In this document: positions 11,611 through 23,952 of the stretch, piece after piece
Layout of the letters: the number at the start of each line of letters is the position of its first letter
Numbering within the stretch: position 1 is the first letter of the stretch
Source: Mesotaenium endlicherianum
Lineage: Eukaryota
Direction: 5' to 3'
Length of the DNA stretch: 64,000 nucleotides
NCBI GenBank assembly: GCA_009602735.1
Contig: WELA01002297.1
Span: forward strand, 1 to 64,000
The notes under the pieces: generated by a model
Database searches by the model: none
What the model saw: the letters and a program-made list of their open reading frames with translations, nothing else
What the model was told of the DNA's origin: nothing
Position numbers and translations under genes: made by a program

Positions 11611-12558
11611 TGAAATGAATCAGTATATTAATTGATATAATATTCATTGAAATATAACAGTTAAATAAGTTCAGCCTGCTGAACCCTAGTTAATAAACAG
11701 TCTGCTGGACTTTACATTTAATATCAGTTTAATGACTCAACCGAAAGCAGCAGGCTGAAGTCAGCTTAAGTCAGCTTGCTGACACATTCTTTGACAGCCA
11801 GCTGACTTTCGTACTCGGTAGCAGCGAACTGCCTCGATATGCATCTAAGTGTGGTAGGCTAGATGAATGGCCAGATGACATCCCTATGATGGATGGCGAT
11901 TTGGGATGATGGGAGATGGCGGTGGATTTGGTTAACCAAGGTCCTACCAACGTGGTTAACTCCCGGGTAGGCAGTGCCATCGCACTGGCCGTTGAACAGT
12001 AAACTCATTCCATGTACGTATGCTAGGCATTGCTCTCGAGTTCGGCATTCGGAAACGAGGCCAACTCTCTTGTACAGCTTACTGAGAGCGATCTGAATCC
12101 AAGGCGAGAAGCCATTGATACGCACTGTCTTCAAACCTTGCTTATGGCGGTGGATTTGGTTAACCGAGGTCCTACCAACGTGGTTGACTTCCGGGTAGGC
12201 GGTGCCATCGCACTGGCCGTTGAACAGTAAACTCATTCCATGTACATATGCTAGGCATTGCTCTCGAGTTTGGCATTCAAAAACGAGGCCAACTCTCTTG
12301 TACAGCTTACTGAGAGAACTTTGAATCCAAGGCGAGAAGCCATTGATACGCACTGTCTTCTAACCTTGCTTATGTATGAGTTTACTGATTTGCATCATTG
12401 ATGCTAGTTTACTCGCATTTGACTTACGAGTATTATTCCCTGCTAGTGTATTGTCCTTTGCCGTTTAACTAGTTAACGGAAATACCATAAAGATTACTTG
12501 CTGATATAAAGATCTTTATTAATTGTTAATCGCCTATTTGGTAAGTCGATTCATTTCA
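11611..12558 (+). repeat. B1 5' LTR with internal 228-bp tandem duplication (11916-12143 / 12144-12371)
   Basis: Aligns to 19983-20690; duplication junction has ATG microhomology. Confidence 0.9.
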
Positions 12559-12592
12559 GTGGTATCGGAGCAGTTATCACAGTCTTCTTTGT

Positions 12593-14071
12593 ATGGTAAG
12601 GACAAGGTCTCAAACTAGCAACTCCCGAGACATGGAGAACCAGGATAACGAGAATGTCGAAAACCAGGCGGAAAGCCATGTAGCGGGAAACCGTACCTAT
12701 TCGGAAGCAGTAGCGGATACTGCAGCTAGGGAGGCTGCAGATGAGGCAGCTGCTATTGCCTCAGTCGCAGCTCAGCAAGCTGAGGAGGAGATAGCCAGAC
12801 TAGAAGCTGAACAAGTAGCAAAGGCCGCTGAAGATATACAAAGGAGGGAAGGACAGCCAGCTGACGAGCGCACTGTTGAAGAACTTATGGCATCAAGGGC
12901 CAATGTTCTGAACCCACCTCCTGCCGTACAACTCAATGTACCCCTAGGTCAAATACGTGACCGGCTGAATGCGGCAGGAATTGCTGCTGCAGGAGCAAGA
13001 GGGATTGTTGAGGACACTACTCAGCGAGTAGATGCCAATGCTGCTGCTGCATTTGCTAATCTACCACCCCAAAATGTAGACTTGGGAGCATTGTTCGTTC
13101 AGATGCAGTCGCAAATGGCGACCATGTATCAGTCCCAGCAGGAGGACAAAAGAATCATAATGTCCCTACTCCGGGACAGAGACCAACTGGGGTCTCACAC
13201 CACTAGTGGTGGTGGCCGAGGGCCTAGTAAGCCCAAGCCGAAACCTCCCCAGGACTATGATCCTGAGGGAAACAGAAAATATTACCTGATCAAGTTTCTC
13301 GCGGATGTTGAGCAGTGGCTGGAGAACTACCCAGAACTGCAAGATTACGAGAAGGTCAGGCACACCGGTGCGCTACTGAAAGGCAGTGCCGCAGACTGGT
13401 GGCTTTACTGGAAGGAAGAGCGTAAGGCTCGGCAACTCGGTGACCCTACGTGGGTAGAGTTTGTCGAGAAGTTGCATGAGAAGTTTGATGTCATCAACCA
13501 GCAGGAGAAAGCTATCTATGCGATGATCTCCCTGACACTGAAGCAGACCACTTCAGTTGCTGAGTTTGCTCAAAAGTTCCAAGAGAACATGATGAAGCAG
13601 CCTGATTTGCCAGAACGGTATAGGATAGCATACTTCAGGTATGGCTTGAAATCCGAGGTCTCTGGTCATTTTGCTGAGAAAAAGTATGAGAAACTGGCTG
13701 ACTTGATCCAGGATGCTGACGCCTGGGATCAGCAGCAGTTCAATCACAAGCGCCAGAGTAACGCTTTGGTGTCTAAGATTGTCAAAAAGCCCCACGGTTC
13801 CTACAATGCAGTTGAAGGAGACCAGGCTGAGGATAATCAGGGTGATGAATATGAGTATGAGTACAATGCTATTCAGTCTAGAGGTAGAGGTGGTCCCTCT
13901 CGAGGTGGCTATGGAAGGGGTGGTGGTAGGACTAAGCCGAGACCAGCCTCAGCAAAATCTACTTGCTACCATTGTCAGCAGAAAGGCCACTACAGAGAAC
14001 AGTGTCCGGTCAAGCACCTGCCTAAGGTCGAGAGAAAAGACCAGCCTTTAAAAGACAGCAACAGTCAGTAA
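12593..14071 (+). CDS. gag: Gag of B1 (492 aa, CCHC knuckle)
   Basis: MVRTRSQ start after [17 protein letters not shown]; translation identical to 54716-56194. Confidence 0.92.
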   Translation: MVRTRSQTSNSRDMENQDNENVENQAESHVAGNRTYSEAVADTAAREAADEAAAIASVAAQQAEEEIARLEAEQVAKAAEDIQRREGQPADERTVEELMASRANVLNPPPAVQLNVPLGQIRDRLNAAGIAAAGARGIVEDTTQRVDANAAAAFANLPPQNVDLGALFVQMQSQMATMYQSQQEDKRIIMSLLRDRDQLGSHTTSGGGRGPSKPKPKPPQDYDPEGNRKYYLIKFLADVEQWLENYPELQDYEKVRHTGALLKGSAADWWLYWKEERKARQLGDPTWVEFVEKLHEKFDVINQQEKAIYAMISLTLKQTTSVAEFAQKFQENMMKQPDLPERYRIAYFRYGLKSEVSGHFAEKKYEKLADLIQDADAWDQQQFNHKRQSNALVSKIVKKPHGSYNAVEGDQAEDNQGDEYEYEYNAIQSRGRGGPSRGGYGRGGGRTKPRPASAKSTCYHCQQKGHYREQCPVKHLPKVERKDQPLKDSNSQ

Positions 14072-17000
14072 TCCAGTCTACTGACTGTGAGGATGCTAGA
14101 GATAGTGAGTCGTCACTAGCTGCCCTCGTAGCAGGTATTATGGGTCCTGCTGAACTGGATTCACTATGCATGCCTGACAAACAGATAAAGGAGACCATCA
14201 GCAATATAGACGTCCAGAGAGTGCACACTCTGGATGCTCTTGTTCCACCTGATGTCCAACATTTCTTTGCTACGTCAGGAGAACAATGCGAAAGTCAGGA
14301 AAAGACAGTCCCCCCTATCCTACTGCATTGCATGATTGCAGGTAGGAAGGTGAGGGCATTTGTTGACGGAGGGGCGTCACATACTTTTATCCACAAGGAC
14401 TTAGTTAAGCGGCTAAGGCTGCCTACTGTCACCCAAGGGAATAGAAAAATATTCCTTGGAGATGCCTCAAGTATCCCGGGAGGAGTTATAACCAAGCCTA
14501 TTGAGGTCCAGTTAGGTTCTGGCATTGCAGTTCTAACTGAAACGCTTACATTTGAGGTACTCAACACTGGCTTTTATGATCTCGTGCTAGGCAGGTCCTG
14601 GCTTAATAGACATCAAGCTGAAGTGTGTTGGAGCAGAGGTACAGTTAAAGTGAGAGGAGCCAGTGATGGGCAGACTGACTTGGCACCCACCAGTGCTCTT
14701 CCTCTTGTCCTGTGTGGATGGCAAATGAAGGAAAAGAAGAGGCTTCCAGAAGGATGCAAGTTGCTGAATGCAATGGAGTTCGTCAAAAGCTGGAACCGGA
14801 AGGAAGACAGAATGTTATGTCTGCTGCTAAGAGAGGTACCTCCTCAACCAGAAGAAGTGGTTGAGAAAAAGGTAAGCCCTCCGGAGCACCCTACTGCTGC
14901 AAAAATTGTTGCTTAGTACACGGATGTATTTAATATGCCTCCAGGACTACTCCCTAAGAGGGAAGTAGATCAAAGGATTGATTTATTACCTGGTAGTCAG
15001 CCACCCTGGTAACGCACGTATGGCTTGTCTTATGTGGAGAGCGAGGAGTTGAAGACACAGATTGCAGAGCTTGAGGAAAATGGTTATGTTTCTCCCAGTA
15101 AATCACTGTACGGCGCACCCATCCTATTTGTTAAGAAAAAGGATGGCAGTATGCGGATGTGTGTGGATTACAGAGCCCTGAACAGAATTATAGTAAAGAA
15201 CAAGTATGCTTTACCCAGAATCAAGGACTTGCTTGATACCCTGTCTGGTGCTAAGGTGTTCAGTAAGATAGATCTCAAGAGTGGTTATCATCAAATCAGA
15301 ATTGCTGAGGGGGATGAACACAAGACTGCCTTCCGCACACGTTATGGACACTATGAGTTCAACGTGATGCCATTTGGACTGACTAATGCTCCTGCCACCT
15401 TCATGGGTGCTATGAATGACATTTTCAGACCTTATTTGGATAAGTTTGTGCAAGTTTTCCTGGATGATATTTTAATTTTCTCTAAAGATGAAGCTCAGCA
15501 CACTGAACACTTAAAGACAGTCCTGGACACTCTGCGGAAAAATCACTTATATGCTAAAATGAGCAAGTGTGATTTCTTTAAGGAAAGTATTGAATTCTTA
15601 GGCCACGTTGTCAGTAAAGAGGGCATCAGTGTGGACCCTAAGAAAGTGCAGACCATAAGGGACTGGCCAGTACCACAGTCTGTCTCTGAAGTTGGATCCT
15701 TCCTCGGGTTGGCTTACTACTAGGAGAGATTTATTGAGAATTATTCTATTAAGGCCAGTAAACTGACTGACCTTACTAAGAAAGACATAGGGTATGTGTG
15801 GGGGGAAGAGCAGCAGGGTGCCTTCCAGACTCTTAAAGATGCCCTTTGTTCTGCCCCAGTTCTAGCCGTGTATGACCCCAGCAAACCCGTGCAGGTGGTC
15901 ACTGATGCCTCTGACTTTGCCATGGGTGCTATTTTGTTGCAGCCTGCTGACAAAGCCACTAAGGATGGTAAGGTACGGCAGGAGTGGCACCCTGTGTTGT
16001 ACGAGTCTATGAAATTTAATCCAGCAGAGATTAATTACTCAGTGCATGATAAAGAGCTGCTAGCTATCATTCATGTGCTCAAACACTGGAGAGCATACTT
16101 ACATGGTAAAGCCTTTGAGGTGATTACAGATCATCTAGCTCTGACTCACTTTCAAAAGAAGTCCAAGCTGTCGAGGAGGGAGTACCGCTCGGCGCTGGAG
16201 CCAGATGCTGGAGCAGTTCCAAGTCCAGATCGACTACAAACCAGGGAAGTTGAATCCTGCTGATGCACTCTCTAGAAGACCTGACTTGCAAGAAAGGAAC
16301 TTTAGTCAGCATGCTGTAGATAAAGTCCTGTGTGCACTCACTTCACTAAAGGTGAAAAAGTCCTTCTTGGAACAACTTAGGAAAGCCTACCTTTCTGACC
16401 CAACATTTGAGCCCAGCCCCACTACTAGTGTGTGTTGTGCTACTGCACTTGGGTATAAACTTAAGGGAGGGGTCTGGGTGACTGAAACCACTTCAGGCAG
16501 GCTGAAGCTGGTCATTCCTAATAACTTGGAAATAAGGTCCCTTTTATTGAGTCAAGCACATGACAGTTTACTGGGTGGGCATTTGGGGCAGGCCAAAACT
16601 GTTGGCAAGGTGGCAAAACATTATCATTGGGAGGGATTACCCCGAGAGGTCTTGCAATATGTGAAGTCCTGTGACCAGTGTCAAAGAAATAAGTCTAGGC
16701 ACACACCACCGGAGGTCTCTTGCAACCGCTGCCCATTCCAGCGGGACGCTGGGAAACTATATCCATGGACTGGGTGGTCACACTGCCACGAACTGCTAAT
16801 GGGCATGATTCGATACTGGTAGTCGTGGATAAACTGACAAAAATGGTCATTTTTATCCCCACAACTGTCAAAGTGACTGCACTCGAAACAGCGAGACAGT
16901 TCTACAACCATGTAGTATGCCAACATGGGCTTCCCTCTGAAATCATCTTAGACCGAGACCCAAAATTACCTCTAAGTTCTGGAGAGCTTTAATGGGCTTA

Positions 17001-17862
17001 ATGGGAGTCAAACAGCTGCTCAGCACAGCAAACCACCCTCACACTGATGGGCAGACTGAAAGAACTAACCGAGTTCTGCAAGAGGTGCTGAGAGCATATA
17101 TTAACCAAAAACAAGATAATTGGGATGACCTGTTGCCTCAAATTTAGTTTGCGGTCAACAATGAGGTGCACGCGTCAACGGGCAAAACTCCTTTTGAACT
17201 CAGCCTGGGTAGAGTCCCTAAGTCTCCTTTAGGTGTACTAGGGGAGGCTTTAACTGACCCTGGAGGGATCAACAATCCAATCTCTCTCCAGTTAACTTAG
17301 GAGTTTGCTGACACACTGTCAGAAGTCCAACAAAACCTGCACAAAGCCCAAAAAAACCAACAAAAATACGCTAATCAACACCGTCAGGAGCTGACATTCT
17401 CTAAGGGCGTTTTAGTCAAACTGCATTCTCAGCACCTGTACCTCCCTGGTGTGGTCAAGAAAAAGCTTGGCCCTGTCTGGGTCGGTCCATATTCGGTAGT
17501 GCGTCGTGTCGGTCAGAATGCTTACAAACTGAACATGTCAAGCGGACTACAAGGGTCACCCGGTCTTTAATGTCTCCTCATTGGAGCCATACATCAAAGG
17601 TGATACTCTGTTCACAGGTCGGTAACCTGTCCAACCGGGGCCGGTCCCAGCTGTCCGGGACGGCGACCCTGAGAAATATGAGGTCAATGAGATATTAGAC
17701 GCTCGCTCGGTCCATCGATCGTCTAAATGTGTCATGAAGTACCTCATCTGATGGAAGGGTTACGATGCCTCTGGGGCCACTTGGGAGTTTAAAGACCAGC
17801 TGACCAATGCCGAAGGGGCGTTGAAACGGTTCCACCTTCGGGCGGCTGGGGCACCGCCCTAA
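14047..17862 (+). pseudogene. pol: Disrupted pol of B1 (PR-RT-RH-IN-chromodomain)
   Basis: Colinear with intact 56263-59979 but carries several in-frame stops (e.g. 14914, 15010, 15721, 17144, 17298) and frameshifts. Confidence 0.93.
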
Positions 17863-18209
17863 CTGTCCCTTCAGTAGACATGGGAAGGCGACAGGAGGTC
17901 TTGTCTCTATATAAGTTGGAGGGGGATGTGACAGTTAGTGACAATTGTGACAAGCAGCCCACCTTTAAAATTAAGTTGGAGGGAGGGGTATTCAGTTTCG
18001 GGATCAGGCGGAAAATATGTGATAACCATATTACACACTCAACCTGCGCTCACACTCCCTTTCTCTCTAACTCAACCTTCCCTTATATTCACTCACACCA
18101 GGTATTCACACTAGGAACTCTCCCGATCGCGTTCCTCTTCATCAAGGGCACTCAGCAGCGGCAAAATATCATGACTTCACTAACTGCATTGTGTTTATGA
18201 TTGAGCAGG

Positions 18210-19872
18210 ATGACTCAAAAGTCGGAACTCAAGAGGAAGAGAAGGGCGGAAGAGGCACATGCAAAATACTTGCAATTTCGTGGAGACATCGAATCATCTT
18301 CCATCTCCGTTTGGGAATCACAACGACTCCAACAACAGCGGGAGGCACAGAAGAAGAAGGAGGAGGAGGAACAGGCCAAACTGAGGCAGGAAGAACTGGA
18401 CAGGAAAGCTGCAGAGGAGGCAAAGAAGGCAGAGGAGGAGAGGCAAGCTGAAGAGAGGCGAAAGCAGCAGGCTGAAGAAGAAGAACAGAGGAGAATCAGC
18501 AGCTACCGCTACGCAGTGCTGGGCAAGGGCTTTGATCTACTGGAGGAGGCCTTCAAGTATGCCCAGAGAAGTCGCAGTGAGTCGCAGAAGGAAATTCTCC
18601 AGAAGGAAGGAAAGACATCCGAAAACTTTGACAAGTATATAGAGGTCAGCACAGGGCTCCTCCTCTACCACGATTACGTTAGGATGGTAGGATATACAAT
18701 CGGAGAGGCCAAGGCAATGGCCCAGGTGAACGAAGCAGGAGCTGTCTCGATTCCTGGTATCTGGGGGGCAGATAGGGTCATCAGGATGATCCCCGTGGAC
18801 GCGGACAGCTTCAAGGACTCAACACCCCATAACAGGTTCAAGGCCATGTACAACGAGGTGGAGAGGAGGAGCTGGGAATTTGTGGCCAGGGAAACCAGTC
18901 AGCTGGACTTTGCAGGGCACTAGTACCCTTGTACTCTTAAAAGGACAGACCCTGCCTTCTTCCAAAAGCCCACCGATTGGCGGTGGATGACCATCAACAT
19001 GAGGGACCAGCAGAATGACAGGGCGACGGATGAGGATTTCCTGACAGACCTAAAGGGGAACATAGTATTGCCCCCTCACATTGCAGCTTGGGACCCAAGA
19101 TTGGATGGAGTCAGAGACTGCATGAGCCAAGAAATGCAGGGGAACAGAAGCAGGGCTCGAGAGTCATTCTCTAAAGAGAAACACGCTTATGCCAAATGGG
19201 CAAGCAAGCAGGGGGAAAAAGGACCTGTATGCGGTCCGAACTCAGCAGCCCCCACCAGCACCCAAAAGGGGAAGGTCAATAGGATATTCTTTTTCTCGGG
19301 AAGAATTGGAGCAGCGGACAGAAGAGACCCCAGAAGTCTCAGAGGAACCCGGGGACGGAGAGGAGTCAGAGGAAGACGAGGAGGAAGGCGAGGAGGAGGA
19401 CACTAGCCCCGCCGTGATCCTGACACCTGCCACATCCCCTGTAAGGGAGAAGACGGGGTTGGCCCTGCACCAACTCGTTGAAGAGGAGGATATCACTTGG
19501 CTGGGAATTGCCAGAGGACAGGACGTATCTCCAGGCACGGAGACCCAGTCAGACAGGGCAGACAGGAGGGCTGCTAGAGAAATAACCAGAGGCCTGCGGA
19601 CATCTCCCTCGCAGAGAGGGCATGTATCCTTAGCTCATGTCATGCAACATCCTTCTGGGATGCCAGTATATGTGTCTGTCAGTTTGAGGGATGCCCAGGA
19701 GAAGGCTGCCTCCATTCAGTTTCAGAACGTGCAGGAGGAAACAGCACAGTTACTGCGTTCTCCGCCGGGTCCCTACACGGAACCTCCCTCTCTGACAGGC
19801 TTCAGAAGACCCCAAGATAGGAGGAGGACTGACTCCCTTGACCATAGGGCCCCAGGGGCATCTCCCTCCTAA
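18210..19872 (+). pseudogene. ORF3 variant 2 (accessory protein of unknown function), one stop (18921-18923) and one frameshift (~19215)
   Basis: Shares YNEVERRSWE, PTDWRWMT, LPPHIAxWDPRL, FSKxKHA and GHVxLAxVxQHPxGMPVYV with 60247-61923. Confidence 0.85.
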
Positions 19873-19982
19873 GGGCGGAGAGCCAAGAGCACAGCATGCT
19901 GGATGGAAGAGGGACCAGTAATTTCAGTTGGGCGAACCTATGTACCCTGTGTCGGGGCGACAACATGTTAAGTTGGAGGGAT

Positions 19983-20690
19983 TGTAATGAATCAGTATAT
20001 TGGTTGATATAATATTCATTTAAATATAACAGTTAAACAAGTTCAGTCTGCTGAACCATAGTTACTAATCAGTCTGTTGGACTTTATATTTAGTATCAGT
20101 TTAATGACTCAGCCGAAAGCAGCAGGCTGAAGTCAGCTTGACACATTCTTTGACAACCAGCTGACTTTCGTACTTGGTAGCAGCGAACTGCCTCGATATG
20201 CATCTAAGTGTGGTATGCTAGATGAATGGCCAGATGACATCCCTATGATGGATGGCGAGTCGGGATGATGGGAGATGGCGGTGGATTTGCTTAACCGAGG
20301 TCTCACCGACGTGGTTAACTCCCGGGTAGGCGGTACCATCGCACTGGCCGTTGAACAGTAAACTCATTCCATGTACATATGCTAGGCATTGCTCTCGAGT
20401 TTGGCATTCGGAAACGAGGCCAACTCTCGCGTACAAGCTTTCTGAGAGACATTTGAATCCAAGGCAAGAAGCCATTGGTATGCACTGTCTTCTAACCTTG
20501 CTTATGTATAAGTTTACTGATTGCATTATTGATGCTAGTTTACTCGCATTTGACTTACGAGTGTTGTTCACTGCTGGTGTGTTGTCCTTTCGCCGTTTAA
20601 TCAATTAACGAAAAATCCATAAAGATTACTTGCTGATATAAAGATCTTTATTAATTCTTAATCGCCTATTTGGTAAGTCGATTCATTTCA
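19983..20690 (+). repeat. B1 3' LTR (708 bp)
   Basis: Follows PPT TTAAGTTGGAGGGAT; TG...CA termini. Confidence 0.95.
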
Positions 20691-21374
20691 AAGGTGCTGC
20701 TTTGCGCGTTACTCGTTCTTGAGCATTAGCAATCTTTTCAGACAGCTCTGCACACACTTTACGCAATTCTGCCACAGATCTTGCATCATTCTCCTGACTG
20801 GCCGCTCTTTGCTGACCCTCAGTGTGTTTGTCATGGCATCTGCTAATTCTTGTGTTAGTGCAGTCAAGTCTACGCTCTCAACAGGTGCAGCAGTCATTGC
20901 TCTTCCTGAAGAAAAAGCGGACATGCGGGCTTTTGCAGCCTCTTTCTGGATTTTCAAATCCCTAGCCTTCTTTTGCTCTTCGAATGCCCATTCCTGAGTA
21001 AGGTCCTCATCCTTCCGAAATTGGCGATAAAGCAACAAGGCATCCTTGTCCAAGTATTGAACCAGACTTATAAACGCAACAGACTGAGTATATGAGGAGT
21101 CCTTCCGGATCTTCTCAAAGAAATCAGCTCAGTAGATCTCATCAAACTCTTCGAAAGTGAGACTGTTGCCACCGGTTCGTCCACTAAAGCACTTGATAGA
21201 CAACTTGAACTTAGGATTTTCATCCCTCTCATCACCAGCCATCTCAAAAGGTGACCAGTAATCACTGACTCTTACCCGAGCGTCTAGCGTTCTGCCCAAA
21301 CCAGGTGCAAGATACTGCTCGCTATACGGGTTCCACGTTTGCAGAGATTTGTCGAGCAGCGTCTCCCGACGTAT
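20691..21374 (-). pseudogene. D1 gag N-terminal part between the B1 and C insertions
   Basis: Contiguous with 11350 via TSD AAGGT; broken helical ORF (DKDALLLYRQFRKDEDLTQEWAFEE..); continues after 25868 via TSD CGTAT. Confidence 0.6.
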
Positions 21375-22078
21375 TGTAAGGTTATGAAAGTGTAGTTTGT
21401 TTCTTTCTAGTGATTTATATGCATAGAGTGTGATTTTAGAAGAACTTGGCCTTTATTTCAAGTCATTTGGACAAGTATTGAGATAGTAATGAATTTTGGA
21501 AGTTTTTAGTGAGTTTTTAATGTTACAGATTCTATTTAGTGACAAGGACAGGTCCATTGACGAAAATTTCGGTTGGAGTCCAGGAAGTAGAACATGGAAA
21601 CATGAGGGTTCCAAAAAGTACGTACAATCACGTAGAGTGCCACAGTGATCGGGGAATTTCTAGAAACTCCGTGAGTGGATTGTGTAGTAGAATATTCTAG
21701 AGTGTGATTGTGTGCGTGTGAGTGCGCTAGCTTGTCCAACTAGGCAAGGTCAAGTACATGGAAGGAGCCATAGGAGAAGGTTCTGGAGGTACCTTGCTAG
21801 AGAGGACACTTAGAGTTAAAGGATAAATGGGAAGCACAAGGAAGTAGAGGGGGCTTACTCTAGTCTAACCTTCTTATCTTGTACACGACTTTTCTTAATA
21901 AAGTGAGTTCTTTTCCACTCCTCTCTCATGTAGCCCTCTAACTCTTGCAAGGGTGGCATACCACCAGGCCACTCCACCTTGTGTATGCAACTAGGAAAGG
22001 TCCTCGTGCACGCTTCCACTCGCGGGTGAGGGTGCGTGAGTGTGTATGGGCGCACTCCCCGCACCCTTCCCCCTTTCA
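21375..22078 (+). repeat. C 5' LTR (704 bp)
   Basis: Matches 25153-25863 apart from a 7-bp indel and a few substitutions. Confidence 0.93.
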
Positions 22079-23176
22079 CATGGTATCGGAGCTACCTAGT
22101 TGCTTCATTTGGAGGAGGGAGCTTTGGTTGGTGATGCTTGTAGGAGTATAGAGAGGGTAGAGAGGATAAGCAAGGATGATTTATAAGTTGCTAAGGGCAG
22201 CCATGAAGACGTTGATGCAAGCTAGCATCTCACTCTCTTGAAGGAGGGAGGAGATGGAAGAGGGAGGTGCTCCAAGAAGTGTCAACTTGGATGCAACCAG
22301 ATTGTTGTACGTCTTCTTTGTAGTATGAGAAGNGGTATAAGAAGGTAGCCCAAGCATGGTAGTGATATAAGTAATATATAGCAGCCTTTGCTTGAGTATG
22401 GAGACATATGAGCATGAAGAAAATCTGGAGTTCACACGGCTGGATTTTTCCTTGAAGATGCAAGCTCTTTAGTATTAAGCTCTTTCTTTGATGAGGGGGC
22501 TTAGCATAGAGGTGATAGTGGCTAGAAAGGAGTGTGTGCCCATCTTCATTTCAGATCTTCAATGAAGGTGGAGCAGATTTTAAGGGTAGGCAACCAGGGA
22601 TTTAGCAAGCATGTGTACTTGCAAGTCTAGGAGCTTTGGCGGGCATAGCACTCGCAAGCTCAAGAGGAACTCATGAGAAGCTCAAGAGAGGGTGCACCGG
22701 GGTGTTGCACCAAGTTGGCCAAGTATGTGGCCAGATTTGGGTTGCCTTGCATCACTCCTATGTAGCCACTGGTTATTTGAGGCCAGCCATGATGGAGCTT
22801 GGTACCTTGTATGGAGATTGAAGAAGCCTCAAGTGAAGAGAAGCACCGTGGAGAAGGCTTGGAGCAAGAAGAAGTATTCCAGATTTTTCTTCAAAGAGGA
22901 GAGATGGAGATGGAGCCTTTCAAGTTCAGATTTCTATTTTCTTATGGAGGAGAGTACTACGGAGTATATGGAGTTGAGAACTATGATGAAGACAAGTCTA
23001 TGGTGTGGAAGAAGAAGCAAGGTATGAAGTTGGTGCAAGAGGGCTAGTGCAAGAGATGTCTCCCACTTGAAGCGTGTGTGCCATTAGTTGTGTGATGGCA
23101 TAGTTAAGGGGCAGATTTTGGTGCATCTATGGAAGCTCTTCATGTGAAAGTAGAGCACCAAGGCAAGCTGGGTTTN

Positions 23177-23952
23177 NNNNNNNNNNNNNNNNNNNNNNNN
23201 NNNNNNNNNNNNNNNNNNNNNNNNNNNNNNNNNNNNNNNNNNNNNNNNNNNNNNNNNNNNNNNNNNNNNNNNNNNNNNNNNNNNNNNNNNNNNNNNNNNN
23301 NNNNNNNNNNNNNNNNNNNNNNNNNNNNNNNNNNNNNNNNNNNNNNNNNNNNNNNNNNNNNNNNNNNNNNNNNNNNNNNNNNNNNNNNNNNNNNNNNNNN
23401 NNNNNNNNNNNNNNNNNNNNNNNNNNNNNNNNNNNNNNNNNNNNNNNNNNNNNNNNNNNNNNNNNNNNNNNNNNNNNNNNNNNNNNNNNNNNNNNNNNNN
23501 NNNNNNNNNNNNNNNNNNNNNNNNNNNNNNNNNNNNNNNNNNNNNNNNNNNNNNNNNNNNNNNNNNNNNNNNNNNNNNNNNNNNNNNNNNNNNNNNNNNN
23601 NNNNNNNNNNNNNNNNNNNNNNNNNNNNNNNNNNNNNNNNNNNNNNNNNNNNNNNNNNNNNNNNNNNNNNNNNNNNNGAGGCCAACTCTCCTGTACAGCT
23701 TACTGAGAGAGATCTGAATCCAAGGCGAGAAGCCATTGATACGCACTGTCTTCTAACCTTGCTTATGTATGAGTTTACTGATTTGCATTATTGATGCCAG
23801 TTTACTCGCATTTGACTTACGAGTATTATTCACTGCCAGTGTATTGTCCTTTGCCGTTGAACCAGTTAACGTAAATTACCATAAAGATTACTTGCTGATA
23901 TAAAGATCTTTATTAATTGATAATCGCTTATTTGGTAAGTCGATTCATTTCA
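23177..23952 (+). mobile_element. Probable family B solo LTR inside C (left part hidden by gap 23176-23677)
   Basis: 23678-23952 is the B LTR 3' end, followed by GTTTA rather than a PBS; left flank ends GTTT before the gap; span is about one LTR. Confidence 0.7.

Larger units (their letters stand above)
11351..20690 (+). mobile_element. Family B chromovirus copy B1 with ORF3 variant 2, nested in D1 gag
   Basis: TGTAATGAATC...GATTCATTTCA termini; 5-bp TSD AAGGT (11346-11350 / 20691-20695); PBS 12560-12571; PPT just before 19983. Confidence 0.95.

Noticed and set aside
11859..12353. Recurring antisense ORF in B LTRs (..CRTREQCLAYVHGMSLLFNGQCDG..)
   Set aside because: Recurs only because the LTR recurs; start and frame vary between copies; the 164-aa version comes from the 228-bp duplication.
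21855..22079. Short ORFs in C LTRs
   Set aside because: Non-ATG starts, no motifs, repeated only because the LTRs are.
23084..23794. Long ORFs across N runs (also 38648-39734 and 44890-45201)
   Set aside because: Artefacts of translating through assembly gaps.
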